Shown here piece by piece: positions 9,632-17,795 of a DNA stretch of 64,000 nt (the first letter of the stretch is position 1; each line of letters opens with the position of its first letter). Source of the DNA: Candidatus Abzuiibacterium crystallinum (GTDB lineage Bacteria; Omnitrophota; Omnitrophia; Omnitrophales; Abzuiibacteriaceae); contig PCVY01000068.1 in NCBI GenBank assembly GCA_002787155.1, positions 2,426 through 66,425 of the forward strand, written 5' to 3'. The notes beneath the pieces were generated by a model. The model was not told where the DNA came from, made no database searches, and saw only the letters and a list, made by a program, of their open reading frames with translations. The position numbers were made by a program, and so were the translations under genes.

Positions 9632-9835
9632 ATGGCATATAGCGCAGTAAGTAAGAAGACGGGGAAAACCTTTTACCTCCATTCCAAGGAAGTTACTTTA
9701 AAGGGCGGCCGCCAGCAAAGAATTTATTTTTTCGCTTCAGCAGTCAAAGAGGGGGCTGTGGATGCATTGCCCCCAGGGTATGCGATTGGTGAGAATTCAA
9801 AGACAGGTCTACCGATTCTTAAAAAAGCTTCTTAA
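9632..9835 (+). CDS. Small basic conserved hypothetical protein (67 aa)
   Basis: Strong SD AAGGAG before ATG 9632 (the track start at 9587 is probably too long); followed by an intrinsic terminator. Confidence 0.85.
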   Translation: MAYSAVSKKTGKTFYLHSKEVTLKGGRQQRIYFFASAVKEGAVDALPPGYAIGENSKTGLPILKKAS

Positions 9836-9854
9836 ATCTAACGCAGTGCCTAAC

Positions 9855-9887
9855 AAGGGATGGGCTGCCAAAGCTCATCCCTTTTTT
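9855..9887 (+). terminator. Rho-independent terminator
   Basis: AAGGGATGGGCT-gccaa-AGCTCATCCCTT stem (one G-U pair) running into a T tract. Confidence 0.85.
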
Positions 9888-9930
9888 ATTGAAACTAATT
9901 TTTGAACTCTATTAATCCTTTATAGGTTCT

Positions 9931-11157
9931 ATGAGAGTTGTTGCTATTGTATTGGGTGGCGGGCAAGGTAAGCGATTGTTCCCGCTCACACGGGATCGTT
10001 CAAAACCAGCCGTTCCAATCGGCGGGAAGTATCGGTTAGTTGATATTCCCATCAGCCATTCGTTACAATCCGGGATTCGCGATATTTTTGTTCTCACCCA
10101 ATTTAATTCATCTTCCCTAAACAACCATATTTTAAATACTTACAAGTTTGATTATTTTAGCCGCTCAAAAGTCACTCTGTTAGCTGCCGAACAAACGCTG
10201 TCAGGGGAACAATGGTTTCAAGGAACAGCAGATGCGGTTCGGTGTCATTTGGCACATTACCATTTAGAAGAAGATGATACGGTTTTAATCTTATCGGGCG
10301 ATCATTTGTACCGGATGAATTTTAGAGAGCTGATCGCATGGCATGAACATAGGAAAGCAGATGTTACCCTTTCTGTGATTGGCATACCTGAGAAAGAAGT
10401 TCAGCAATTTGGCATTTTAAAAGCAAAATCCTCCGGCTTGATCACAAGTTTTCTTGAAAAGCCGGGTAAGAACGTATCGAAAAAAAGTTATGAATATAAA
10501 CAAAACACTTATTTAGCTTCCATGGGGATCTATGTTTTTAAAGCGCGTGTTTTGATTGACTTATTACGCGGCCCTGAAGCTGATTTCGGGAAAGAATTGA
10601 TTCCGCGTGCGATTAAATCCGTGAAGTGCTACGCTTACCATTTTCCAGGTTATTGGCGTGATATCGGAACAATCCGAAGTTATTATCAAGCTAACTTAGA
10701 ACTCACGGGCCGGCATCCAAAATTTCGTTTTCACGAAGAAGATTTTGGCCCGATTTTTACCCACCCCCGCTTCTTACCCTCCACACGTATCAATCAAGCT
10801 AAAATCATTAACTCGCTGATTACTGAGGGAAGCGTGATCGAACAAGCGGAGATTAATCATTCCGTGGTGGGGCTTAGGACGATCATACGCAAGAATGTTA
10901 AAGTGTCCAATTCGGTGATTATCGGAGCTGATTTTTATGAGCCGGAGAAAAACAAGAAACATCCAATTCCTATCGGAGTCGGTGAGGGGAGCGTCATCGA
11001 GAATGCCATCATTGATAAAAATGCACGGATTGGGAAAGGTGTGATGATAAGAAATCGGAAATTGATCGAGCAGTTTGACAGCAAAAACTATTATATTCGC
11101 GATGGGATCGTCATCATTCCGCGCGATGCCATTATCCCTAACCATGCGGATATTTAA
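9931..11157 (+). CDS. glgC: Glucose-1-phosphate adenylyltransferase
   Basis: GGGQGKRLFPLT..RSKPAVPIGGKYRL, WFQGTADAV, LSGDHLYRM, ASMGIY, YWRDIGT. Confidence 0.96.
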   Translation: MRVVAIVLGGGQGKRLFPLTRDRSKPAVPIGGKYRLVDIPISHSLQSGIRDIFVLTQFNSSSLNNHILNTYKFDYFSRSKVTLLAAEQTLSGEQWFQGTADAVRCHLAHYHLEEDDTVLILSGDHLYRMNFRELIAWHEHRKADVTLSVIGIPEKEVQQFGILKAKSSGLITSFLEKPGKNVSKKSYEYKQNTYLASMGIYVFKARVLIDLLRGPEADFGKELIPRAIKSVKCYAYHFPGYWRDIGTIRSYYQANLELTGRHPKFRFHEEDFGPIFTHPRFLPSTRINQAKIINSLITEGSVIEQAEINHSVVGLRTIIRKNVKVSNSVIIGADFYEPEKNKKHPIPIGVGEGSVIENAIIDKNARIGKGVMIRNRKLIEQFDSKNYYIRDGIVIIPRDAIIPNHADI

Positions 11158-11160
11158 GTC

Positions 11161-11817
11161 ATGAGACAAGCTCGTTATGTCATCGTAGGCGTGATCATCA
11201 TTGGCGTGCTGGTAGCGCTGGTGATGACGCTTAGGCATTTGTATCCGATGGTAAAGCCTGCGGAAGTTTTAAAGCCGTCAGTGGAAAAACTAAACACAAG
11301 AAGCAAGGGTCCGAATAATGCGCCTATTGTCATTGTTGAATATAGTGATTACCAATGTCCGTCCTGCCGCACAGCTCAAGAACCGCTCCATAAGATTCTA
11401 GAGCAATTTCCGGGCTTGATCCGCCTCGAATCAAAATCTTTTCCGCTGCAGATGCATCGTTATTCCTTTTTAGCAGCGCTGGCAGCTGAATGCGCGGGGA
11501 CGTTTGGCAAGTTTTGGCTCTACCATGAACTTTTATTTGAACAGCAAAGTGAGTGGGCTAAAGATCCGGATGCGATGAGCTTGATGCTGGCGTATGCCAA
11601 TGATCTTCAGATACCCATTGAGCCGTTTGTGGGTTGCTTGGATAAATCTGAAATGGGAGTCCGGGTGAAAGAAGATAAGCGTTCGGGAGAATTATTATCT
11701 GTCAACTCAACCCCCACTTTTTTTATCAATGGAGAACGCTTTGTGGGTGCTAAGCAGCTATCCGAACAAGGGACAGCGTTTATCAAAGAAAAACTTAATT
11801 CGCTGACGGGGAAATAA
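11161..11817 (+). CDS. Membrane-anchored DsbA-family thiol-disulfide oxidoreductase
   Basis: N-terminal TM; GPNNAPIVIVEYSDYQCPSC; FPL..H; STPTFFING. Confidence 0.9.
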   Translation: MRQARYVIVGVIIIGVLVALVMTLRHLYPMVKPAEVLKPSVEKLNTRSKGPNNAPIVIVEYSDYQCPSCRTAQEPLHKILEQFPGLIRLESKSFPLQMHRYSFLAALAAECAGTFGKFWLYHELLFEQQSEWAKDPDAMSLMLAYANDLQIPIEPFVGCLDKSEMGVRVKEDKRSGELLSVNSTPTFFINGERFVGAKQLSEQGTAFIKEKLNSLTGK

Positions 11818-12263
11818 TGATGACCCGTGCACTTTTGCTGATCACACGATTTGTGACCGGAAGTCTTTTTGTGATTGCCGGATGGAGTAAATTGAGCCGT
11901 CCAGTTCAAGAATTTCAGTATGTGATTGAAAGCTATCAAATTTTTCCTAATTTCGTTATCCCGGTCATGGCGCATGTTGTTCCATGGGTTGAGTTTATTT
12001 TGGGTGCGTTTCTTATTCTTGGGTATTTACGTCGATTAAGTGCAGGCATACTAAGCGTTTTATGTGCTGGATTTATCGGATTGCTGACGTCTGCAGTGGT
12101 GCGCGGCATCGATTTGGGCAATTGCGGCTGTTTTGGCGAAAGCATCCATTTAACACCGCTTCAGGCGCTTGGCGTTGATACTTGTTTGTTGATCGCGTTG
12201 CTGTACTTGGTTATGAACAAAAAAAGAGTTCTCGATTTGGACGAATGGTTGACACAGCCATAA
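11817..12263 (+). CDS. MauE/DoxX-family redox membrane protein
   Basis: Four TM segments, AGWSKL, PWVE, RGIDLGNCGCFG; TAATG overlap with the DsbA gene. Confidence 0.88.
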   Translation: MMTRALLLITRFVTGSLFVIAGWSKLSRPVQEFQYVIESYQIFPNFVIPVMAHVVPWVEFILGAFLILGYLRRLSAGILSVLCAGFIGLLTSAVVRGIDLGNCGCFGESIHLTPLQALGVDTCLLIALLYLVMNKKRVLDLDEWLTQP

Positions 12264-12276
12264 AACAGCGGGGCTC

Positions 12277-14613
12277 ATGTTTCATCTCAAAATAGGCGCT
12301 CGACTGGTTATTGGGTTTTTAATTATCTCGCTACTACTTGGTGTAGTGAGTTTTGTTTCTTTTCGGCAATTAGGACAAGTCAAAGATCCGCTCACACAAG
12401 ACATCCCCCGTGGTTTAAAAGATATTGAGACAACCTCGCGCCTTGACAGCATTGCGCAACGCATTCGTTATTTTGATCAGGTTTTGACTGATGCAGCAAG
12501 TAGCTATGCCAGCACAGGTGATCGGCGCTGGAAAACGCGCTATCAAACCATTGAACCCCAGCTGGATGCTATTATTAAAGAAGCCATTGCAAAGGGGGAT
12601 GCCGATGATCAAAAAACCTTTCAAGAAGTCCAAAAAGCGAAATTGTCATTTGCTGAGTATGAGAAACAAGCAATTCAAGCTGCGGACCGTGATGAAACAA
12701 ACTATGCGCTATCCATTTTAGAAGATGCAGCTTATTGGCAGTCTAAAGAAGAATACAAACGAGCTTTGGAAGCTTATGTAGAACGGCGAGGCAAGAAATA
12801 TACCGAAACACTTGAAGTGACCACAACACAAGTTAATCGGATTGTCAAAAAAACGTATGAATTGGTAGATCAATCGATGCACCGATTGATGAATGTTTCA
12901 CTTTTTTCCGTTGCGCTAGCTCTTTTGTTTGGTTTGCTCGTAGCACGCTCCATTATCAAACCGCTTCACATGCTCCAACAAGGGGCAGTTATCATTGGAA
13001 AGGGAAACCTAAAGCATAAGATACCGGTTAGTTCAAAGGACGAAATAGGCGAACTTGCCAATTCCTTCAATGAGATGACGCGAAAGCTTGAAGAGTCGTA
13101 CACCATCTTAGAAGAAAAAGTGAAAGAGCGCACAAAGGGGTTGAGTGAGGCGAACATCAAATTGGAGCAGGAGAAAGCTAAGGACGATGCATTGATTTCC
13201 AGTTTAGGCGAAGGTATGATCGCCACCGATCCTGAGGGAAAGATTATGCGCATTAACCACCAGGCGGCTGCGATGATGGGATGGCGTGAAAATGACGTGA
13301 TCGGGAAATCGGTTTATGAGCTGATTGCTTTCGAAGATGAGCGGTATGGCACTATCTCAAAAGAAAAGCATCCCATTCTAACGACGATTAAAAAAGGCAA
13401 AGGAACTGTGATGAGCGCTTATTTGTCCCGCCCGGATGAATCAAGATTTCCCGTCACAATGACGGTTGCTCCCATTGCCCTCGACGATCAAATTGCAGGC
13501 GCCATTGCTATCATGCGCGATATTACAAAAGAAAAAGAAATTGAAAACATGAAAAATGAGTTTGTTTCAACCGTTAGTCATGAGTTACGAACGCCGCTGA
13601 CGATCATTAAAGAATTTGTGGCACTGGTTTTTGATGGCGTGGCAGGCAGTGTGAACGACAAACAGAAAAAGTTTTTATCAACAGCAACAAACAACATTGA
13701 TCGGTTGGCACGCATTATCAATGATTTGCTGGACATTTCAAAAATAGAAGCGGGCAAAATTGTTCTCAACCGAACCATGGTTGATATGGAAGCCCTGTGT
13801 AGTGAAATAGTGGAAAACGGTAAAACCCTATTCACCGAAAAGAAAATTCGCATCCAAACCGCCATCGAAAAAAAGCTGCCGCTTCTTTTTGTGGACCGGG
13901 ACAAAATGATCCAAGTTTTTACTAACCTCATTGGCAATGCGGCTAAGTTCACCCCAGCGGGCGGTTTGGTAGTGATGACGGCAGTCTTGAAAAATGGGAG
14001 CATTGAATTTGCGGTCGCTGACACGGGGCCGGGTATTTCAAAGGAGAATCTGAAAAAGACGTTTGGGAAGTTTGAACAATTTGGCAGGCAACACGGAGCG
14101 GGCGCCAAAGGAACAGGTTTAGGCTTGGCCATTTCGAAAGGGCTGGTTGAATTGCATGGGGGCCGTATTAAAGTGGAAAGCGAATTTGGCATGGGAACAA
14201 AATTCTCATTCACGATTCCCATTCAAAATGAGCGCGATATTTTTACCAACGAACTAAAGAAGCGAGTCAAAGCAAACCAGCAAAAATTAGCTTCCACCTC
14301 GGTAATCAAAATATGGCCACATGGCAGAAAATCAGATAAAATAACAGCTTCAAAAGAAAGTCTGGATAACACAAACGCCGTTATTGAGATCATACGAAGC
14401 ACTTTGCGAAGTAATAGCGATGAATTAATGCGGCTGGATGAAGGGATGCTGGCGCTTATCTTAGAAGGAGACGGGCAAGCTGCTGAACAAGTAAGTCAGC
14501 GTGTTCAAGCAGCTTTGAAGAAAATAGAAGCAGCAAATCAGTTAGAATTTGAAATCATATCGACTAATCAGTTTGATGAACAAGAATTCTTAAATCGGGT
14601 GATTGGCATCTAA
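12277..14613 (+). CDS. Sensor histidine kinase (TM-periplasmic-TM-HAMP-PAS-HisKA-HATPase, degenerate GGDEF-like tail)
   Basis: DEIGELANSFN (HAMP), VSHELRTPL, NLIGNAAKF, DTGPGI, GTGLGL. Confidence 0.93.
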   Translation: MFHLKIGARLVIGFLIISLLLGVVSFVSFRQLGQVKDPLTQDIPRGLKDIETTSRLDSIAQRIRYFDQVLTDAASSYASTGDRRWKTRYQTIEPQLDAIIKEAIAKGDADDQKTFQEVQKAKLSFAEYEKQAIQAADRDETNYALSILEDAAYWQSKEEYKRALEAYVERRGKKYTETLEVTTTQVNRIVKKTYELVDQSMHRLMNVSLFSVALALLFGLLVARSIIKPLHMLQQGAVIIGKGNLKHKIPVSSKDEIGELANSFNEMTRKLEESYTILEEKVKERTKGLSEANIKLEQEKAKDDALISSLGEGMIATDPEGKIMRINHQAAAMMGWRENDVIGKSVYELIAFEDERYGTISKEKHPILTTIKKGKGTVMSAYLSRPDESRFPVTMTVAPIALDDQIAGAIAIMRDITKEKEIENMKNEFVSTVSHELRTPLTIIKEFVALVFDGVAGSVNDKQKKFLSTATNNIDRLARIINDLLDISKIEAGKIVLNRTMVDMEALCSEIVENGKTLFTEKKIRIQTAIEKKLPLLFVDRDKMIQVFTNLIGNAAKFTPAGGLVVMTAVLKNGSIEFAVADTGPGISKENLKKTFGKFEQFGRQHGAGAKGTGLGLAISKGLVELHGGRIKVESEFGMGTKFSFTIPIQNERDIFTNELKKRVKANQQKLASTSVIKIWPHGRKSDKITASKESLDNTNAVIEIIRSTLRSNSDELMRLDEGMLALILEGDGQAAEQVSQRVQAALKKIEAANQLEFEIISTNQFDEQEFLNRVIGI

Positions 14614-14632
14614 GCGGAAGGAAGGATGATAC

Positions 14633-14995
14633 ATGAAAAATATTTTAATTGTAGACGATGAAAAAGACATACGTGACTTAATCAGAATTCGTTTTGAAAC
14701 AGAAACTGATTTTAGCATTCAGGTCGCTGAAGATGGCGATGAAGCCATTGCGCTGGTTAAAGAGAAGGAACCCGATCTGATCATTATGGATGTTCTCATG
14801 CCTAACTTAGATGGATTAACCACTTTAAAAGAGATAAACAAAATCACGCCAAAGCAAATACCGGTCATCATTGTCACTGGTAAAGCCGCCATGCTGGAAG
14901 AGGCATTCAGGCTTGAAGGTGCAAAGGATTTCATGATAAAACCGATTGATGCAAAACAAGTTGTCAAGAAAGCAAAGGAACTTTTAGGAGTTTAG
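14633..14995 (+). CDS. Single-domain response regulator (CheY-like)
   Basis: ILIVDDE, IMDVLMP, VTG, KP. Confidence 0.9.
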   Translation: MKNILIVDDEKDIRDLIRIRFETETDFSIQVAEDGDEAIALVKEKEPDLIIMDVLMPNLDGLTTLKEINKITPKQIPVIIVTGKAAMLEEAFRLEGAKDFMIKPIDAKQVVKKAKELLGV

Positions 14996-15003
14996 GGGGC
15001 AGA

Positions 15004-15378
15004 ATGAATCAGAAAAAGATTTTAATCGTTGATGACGAAGAAGAAATTATTCTAGCGGTACAGGCGCGCTTGGAAGCAAACGGTTACGATGTCATCGCTG
15101 CCCATGATGGTGAAGAAGGACTCAAAATGGCCAGAGAGAACAAGGTTGATTTAGTAATTTTAGATCTGATGCTGCCAAAAATGGATGGCTATAAAGTCTG
15201 CGCGCTTTTGAAAAAAGATGAACGTTATGCCAAAATCCCGGTACTTATGTTTACAGCGCGCGCAGGCGCTGAAGAGGCCAGGATTGCCGTTGAAGATTGT
15301 AAGGCAAATGCTTATCTCACCAAGCCGTTTGATGCACCAGTTTTACTTAAAAAAATAGCTGAACTCATTCAATCATAA
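15004..15378 (+). CDS. Single-domain response regulator (CheY-like)
   Basis: ILIVDDE, ILDLMLP, FTAR, KPF. Confidence 0.9.
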   Translation: MNQKKILIVDDEEEIILAVQARLEANGYDVIAAHDGEEGLKMARENKVDLVILDLMLPKMDGYKVCALLKKDERYAKIPVLMFTARAGAEEARIAVEDCKANAYLTKPFDAPVLLKKIAELIQS

Positions 15379-15388
15379 GTAGGGATGT

Positions 15389-16354
15389 ATGGTATTTTTT
15401 CGGAAGAAAAAAACGCCGGAACAAGAACCTGCCATTAAAACTTGTCTGATTGAACTCACGCACAATCAAATCAAGCATGCTGTTGTGAGTGTACGCGGTG
15501 ATCGTTACGTCATTGAAAAGTTAAAAGTCAGCCCTCAAATCGAAAATGAGCCGCTGGGGAATCAGGTGAAGCGTATCATGGGCGAAAACCCACGGCGTTA
15601 CCACCATTACTACCTGGCATCCAGTTCGGCGGAAAGCATCTATAAACGGTATTTCATCACGCATATTACAGAATCGCGGTTGAAAGACTACCTAAAAAGT
15701 AAATTAGCGGAAGAAGTAGGGCGGTCAAAAGATCAGTTGTTGATGGATTACCGGCTCATTGAAACGGATCAACCCGGGCATGAAAGTGGTTTTGCCGCCA
15801 TTTTAGTTGGCGCACCAGCGGATACCGTCACCCCATTCCTGAAAGAGCTGAAGCGTGTCAATCTACCCATGTTCCAACCCTTTTTTGCCACACTCAGTGT
15901 TAAACGAATACCTAAAATGTTTGATTTTCCTGAGCGGCATTTGATTATGGTGGTTGATGTGGGTGCAAAAACAACCGAGTTCAGTATGTATTTAAAGGAA
16001 AATTTAGTTGCGCTAAAGACCATTCCGTTCGGAACGGATGAAATTCCGGCAATTTTAAAAGAAGCCGCTGTTAAGGAAACCGACAAAATCGTTTTCGAGG
16101 ATTTGATCAAAGCAATTTCCGAGACCGTTAATGAGTTTCGGGTTACGCAAGGGGCAGGGACTGAAAGGGTGTTTGTCACGGGAAACGGGCCCGAATTAAT
16201 GGGACTGGATGAGTTGTTACGGAATGCACTAAACATTCCCGTCAAACAGCTTGATTATAAGAAAGACATTGAAATTTTATCGACAGTTGACCAAACATTG
16301 TTTGATCAATGTTTTCATATGCTCTCAGGCGGGATTGATTTTCTCGCGAGGTAA
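15389..16354 (+). CDS. PilM/FtsA-like actin-fold protein (divergent)
   Basis: VVDVGAKTT loop, KTIPFG, VFVTGNG..LMGL...L...LNIPV, LMDY pattern typical of PilM. Confidence 0.65.
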   Translation: MVFFRKKKTPEQEPAIKTCLIELTHNQIKHAVVSVRGDRYVIEKLKVSPQIENEPLGNQVKRIMGENPRRYHHYYLASSSAESIYKRYFITHITESRLKDYLKSKLAEEVGRSKDQLLMDYRLIETDQPGHESGFAAILVGAPADTVTPFLKELKRVNLPMFQPFFATLSVKRIPKMFDFPERHLIMVVDVGAKTTEFSMYLKENLVALKTIPFGTDEIPAILKEAAVKETDKIVFEDLIKAISETVNEFRVTQGAGTERVFVTGNGPELMGLDELLRNALNIPVKQLDYKKDIEILSTVDQTLFDQCFHMLSGGIDFLAR

Positions 16355-16362
16355 TCTAAGAC

Positions 16363-17655
16363 TCAATCAACAAAAATTATCTTGGCTGGTGAAAACCCAT
16401 TAAACCCAGGAACGGCACTGGCCGAGGAATACGCTGCAATGTACTTCACATAAATAACATTTCCAACGTCCAGTTCTGGCAAATCCTCAGCAATCGATAA
16501 AGTGTCAAATGAATCGCAGGTCGGACCGGCAATTGTGCTGAGAAACTTTTGACCTCGTCTTAAAGTTTTGAATTCGTATTTACAATGGTCAAAGACAATC
16601 CCTGAGAAATCCTGATAAATTCCGTTATTAATATAATAATAGTTCTTATTGTTTCGGAATGTGCGCCCAATGACTTCGGTGACAAGAATACCAGCCCGCC
16701 CCACCAAAAACCGTCCTGGTTCCGCGATAAATTGAACGTTTTTTGAGAAGCGTTTTCGCATTTTTTTCCGGATTTGCCTGGCAATGATTTCAAAATGAGG
16801 TTGTTTTTCGTCATCAAAGTGTTTAATAGGGAAACCGCCGCCAATATCAATGATCGAAAGCGGTAAATTCTTTTGGTTGGCTTCATCAAAGATATCAGCC
16901 GCCAAATCGAGCGCCTGTAGAAAATTGTCCGGATTTGTGCATTGCGAACCCACATGAAAGCTGATACCCAACGCTTTTAAACCTAGTTGTTCCGCTTTTT
17001 TTAATAGAAAAATGGCCTGATCGGGGTCGGCGCCGAACTTAAGGGACAATTCGACAACACTGCCGATATTTTTGACTTTAATCCGAAGCAAGACACGGGC
17101 ACCGGGCATATGCTTAGCAATTTTATAAAGTTCCGGCTCGTTATCAAAAACCGTGAAATTAACCTTTCTTTTTTGAGCCGCAAGCAAATCGGTGTTTGAC
17201 TTGATGGGATTGGCAAAAATAATTTTCTCTGGTTTCGCGCCCAAATCAAGGACTTGCCGCATTTCTTCACCGCTGGCGACGTCAAAACCAGCGCCGTACC
17301 GAATAAAAGTCTTAATGACATCAGGATGCGGATTGGCTTTAATCGCATAGTAAATGTCAACATTCGGCAGGTATTTACGAAAGCGCTGCAATTGAAAAAG
17401 TAAGACGTTTTTTCGAATCAGCATGAACGGTGTTTTGTGTTTTTTGAGCTGGTCACGGATCAGCCGTTCAACGCCTGCCGCGCTGAATATTTTAGAATTG
17501 ATGGATGTGTTAGTGCCGTTAGAGGTTGGAATTTTCTGGAGAACGGTTTTTTTGATACGAGCAGCGGAATGCGTGATTGCTTTGGAAGTGATGACACCAG
17601 ACATAAATTTAGTTTGCGCTTTCTTATCTAGCCGAGCCATTGATGAAATAGACAT
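16363..17655 (-). CDS. Fold-type III PLP-dependent ornithine/lysine decarboxylase
   Basis: YYAIKANP, FDVAS, KFGA, SFHVGSQ, DIGGGF, EPGR, GPTCDSFD. Start uncertain (17655, 17640 or later); the track start at 17817 overlaps nadE. Confidence 0.88.
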   Translation of the reverse strand: MSISSMARLDKKAQTKFMSGVITSKAITHSAARIKKTVLQKIPTSNGTNTSINSKIFSAAGVERLIRDQLKKHKTPFMLIRKNVLLFQLQRFRKYLPNVDIYYAIKANPHPDVIKTFIRYGAGFDVASGEEMRQVLDLGAKPEKIIFANPIKSNTDLLAAQKRKVNFTVFDNEPELYKIAKHMPGARVLLRIKVKNIGSVVELSLKFGADPDQAIFLLKKAEQLGLKALGISFHVGSQCTNPDNFLQALDLAADIFDEANQKNLPLSIIDIGGGFPIKHFDDEKQPHFEIIARQIRKKMRKRFSKNVQFIAEPGRFLVGRAGILVTEVIGRTFRNNKNYYYINNGIYQDFSGIVFDHCKYEFKTLRRGQKFLSTIAGPTCDSFDTLSIAEDLPELDVGNVIYVKYIAAYSSASAVPGFNGFSPAKIIFVD

Positions 17656-17760
17656 ACTCTTTTTTTCTTCCGCTGCTTTCGTATATGGTATTGTAGCAAG
17701 GTTGGTCGCGACTGCAATAAAAAAAAGCAGTAAATCGTATTTTAACCACCCCCGGTTCCA

Positions 17761-17789
17761 TTGACACCAATAGATATTTTGATGATAAT
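17761..17789 (+). promoter_or_regulatory. Sigma70 promoter of nadE
   Basis: TTGACA-17 nt-GATAAT, ending 6 nt before the ATG. Confidence 0.7.
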
Positions 17790-17795
17790 AGCGGC

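Noticed and set aside
13578-14222. 214-aa antisense ORF (and similar ones at 10774, 15769, 6353)
   Set aside because: Shadow frames opposite well-conserved genes, with no motifs or ribosome-binding sites.
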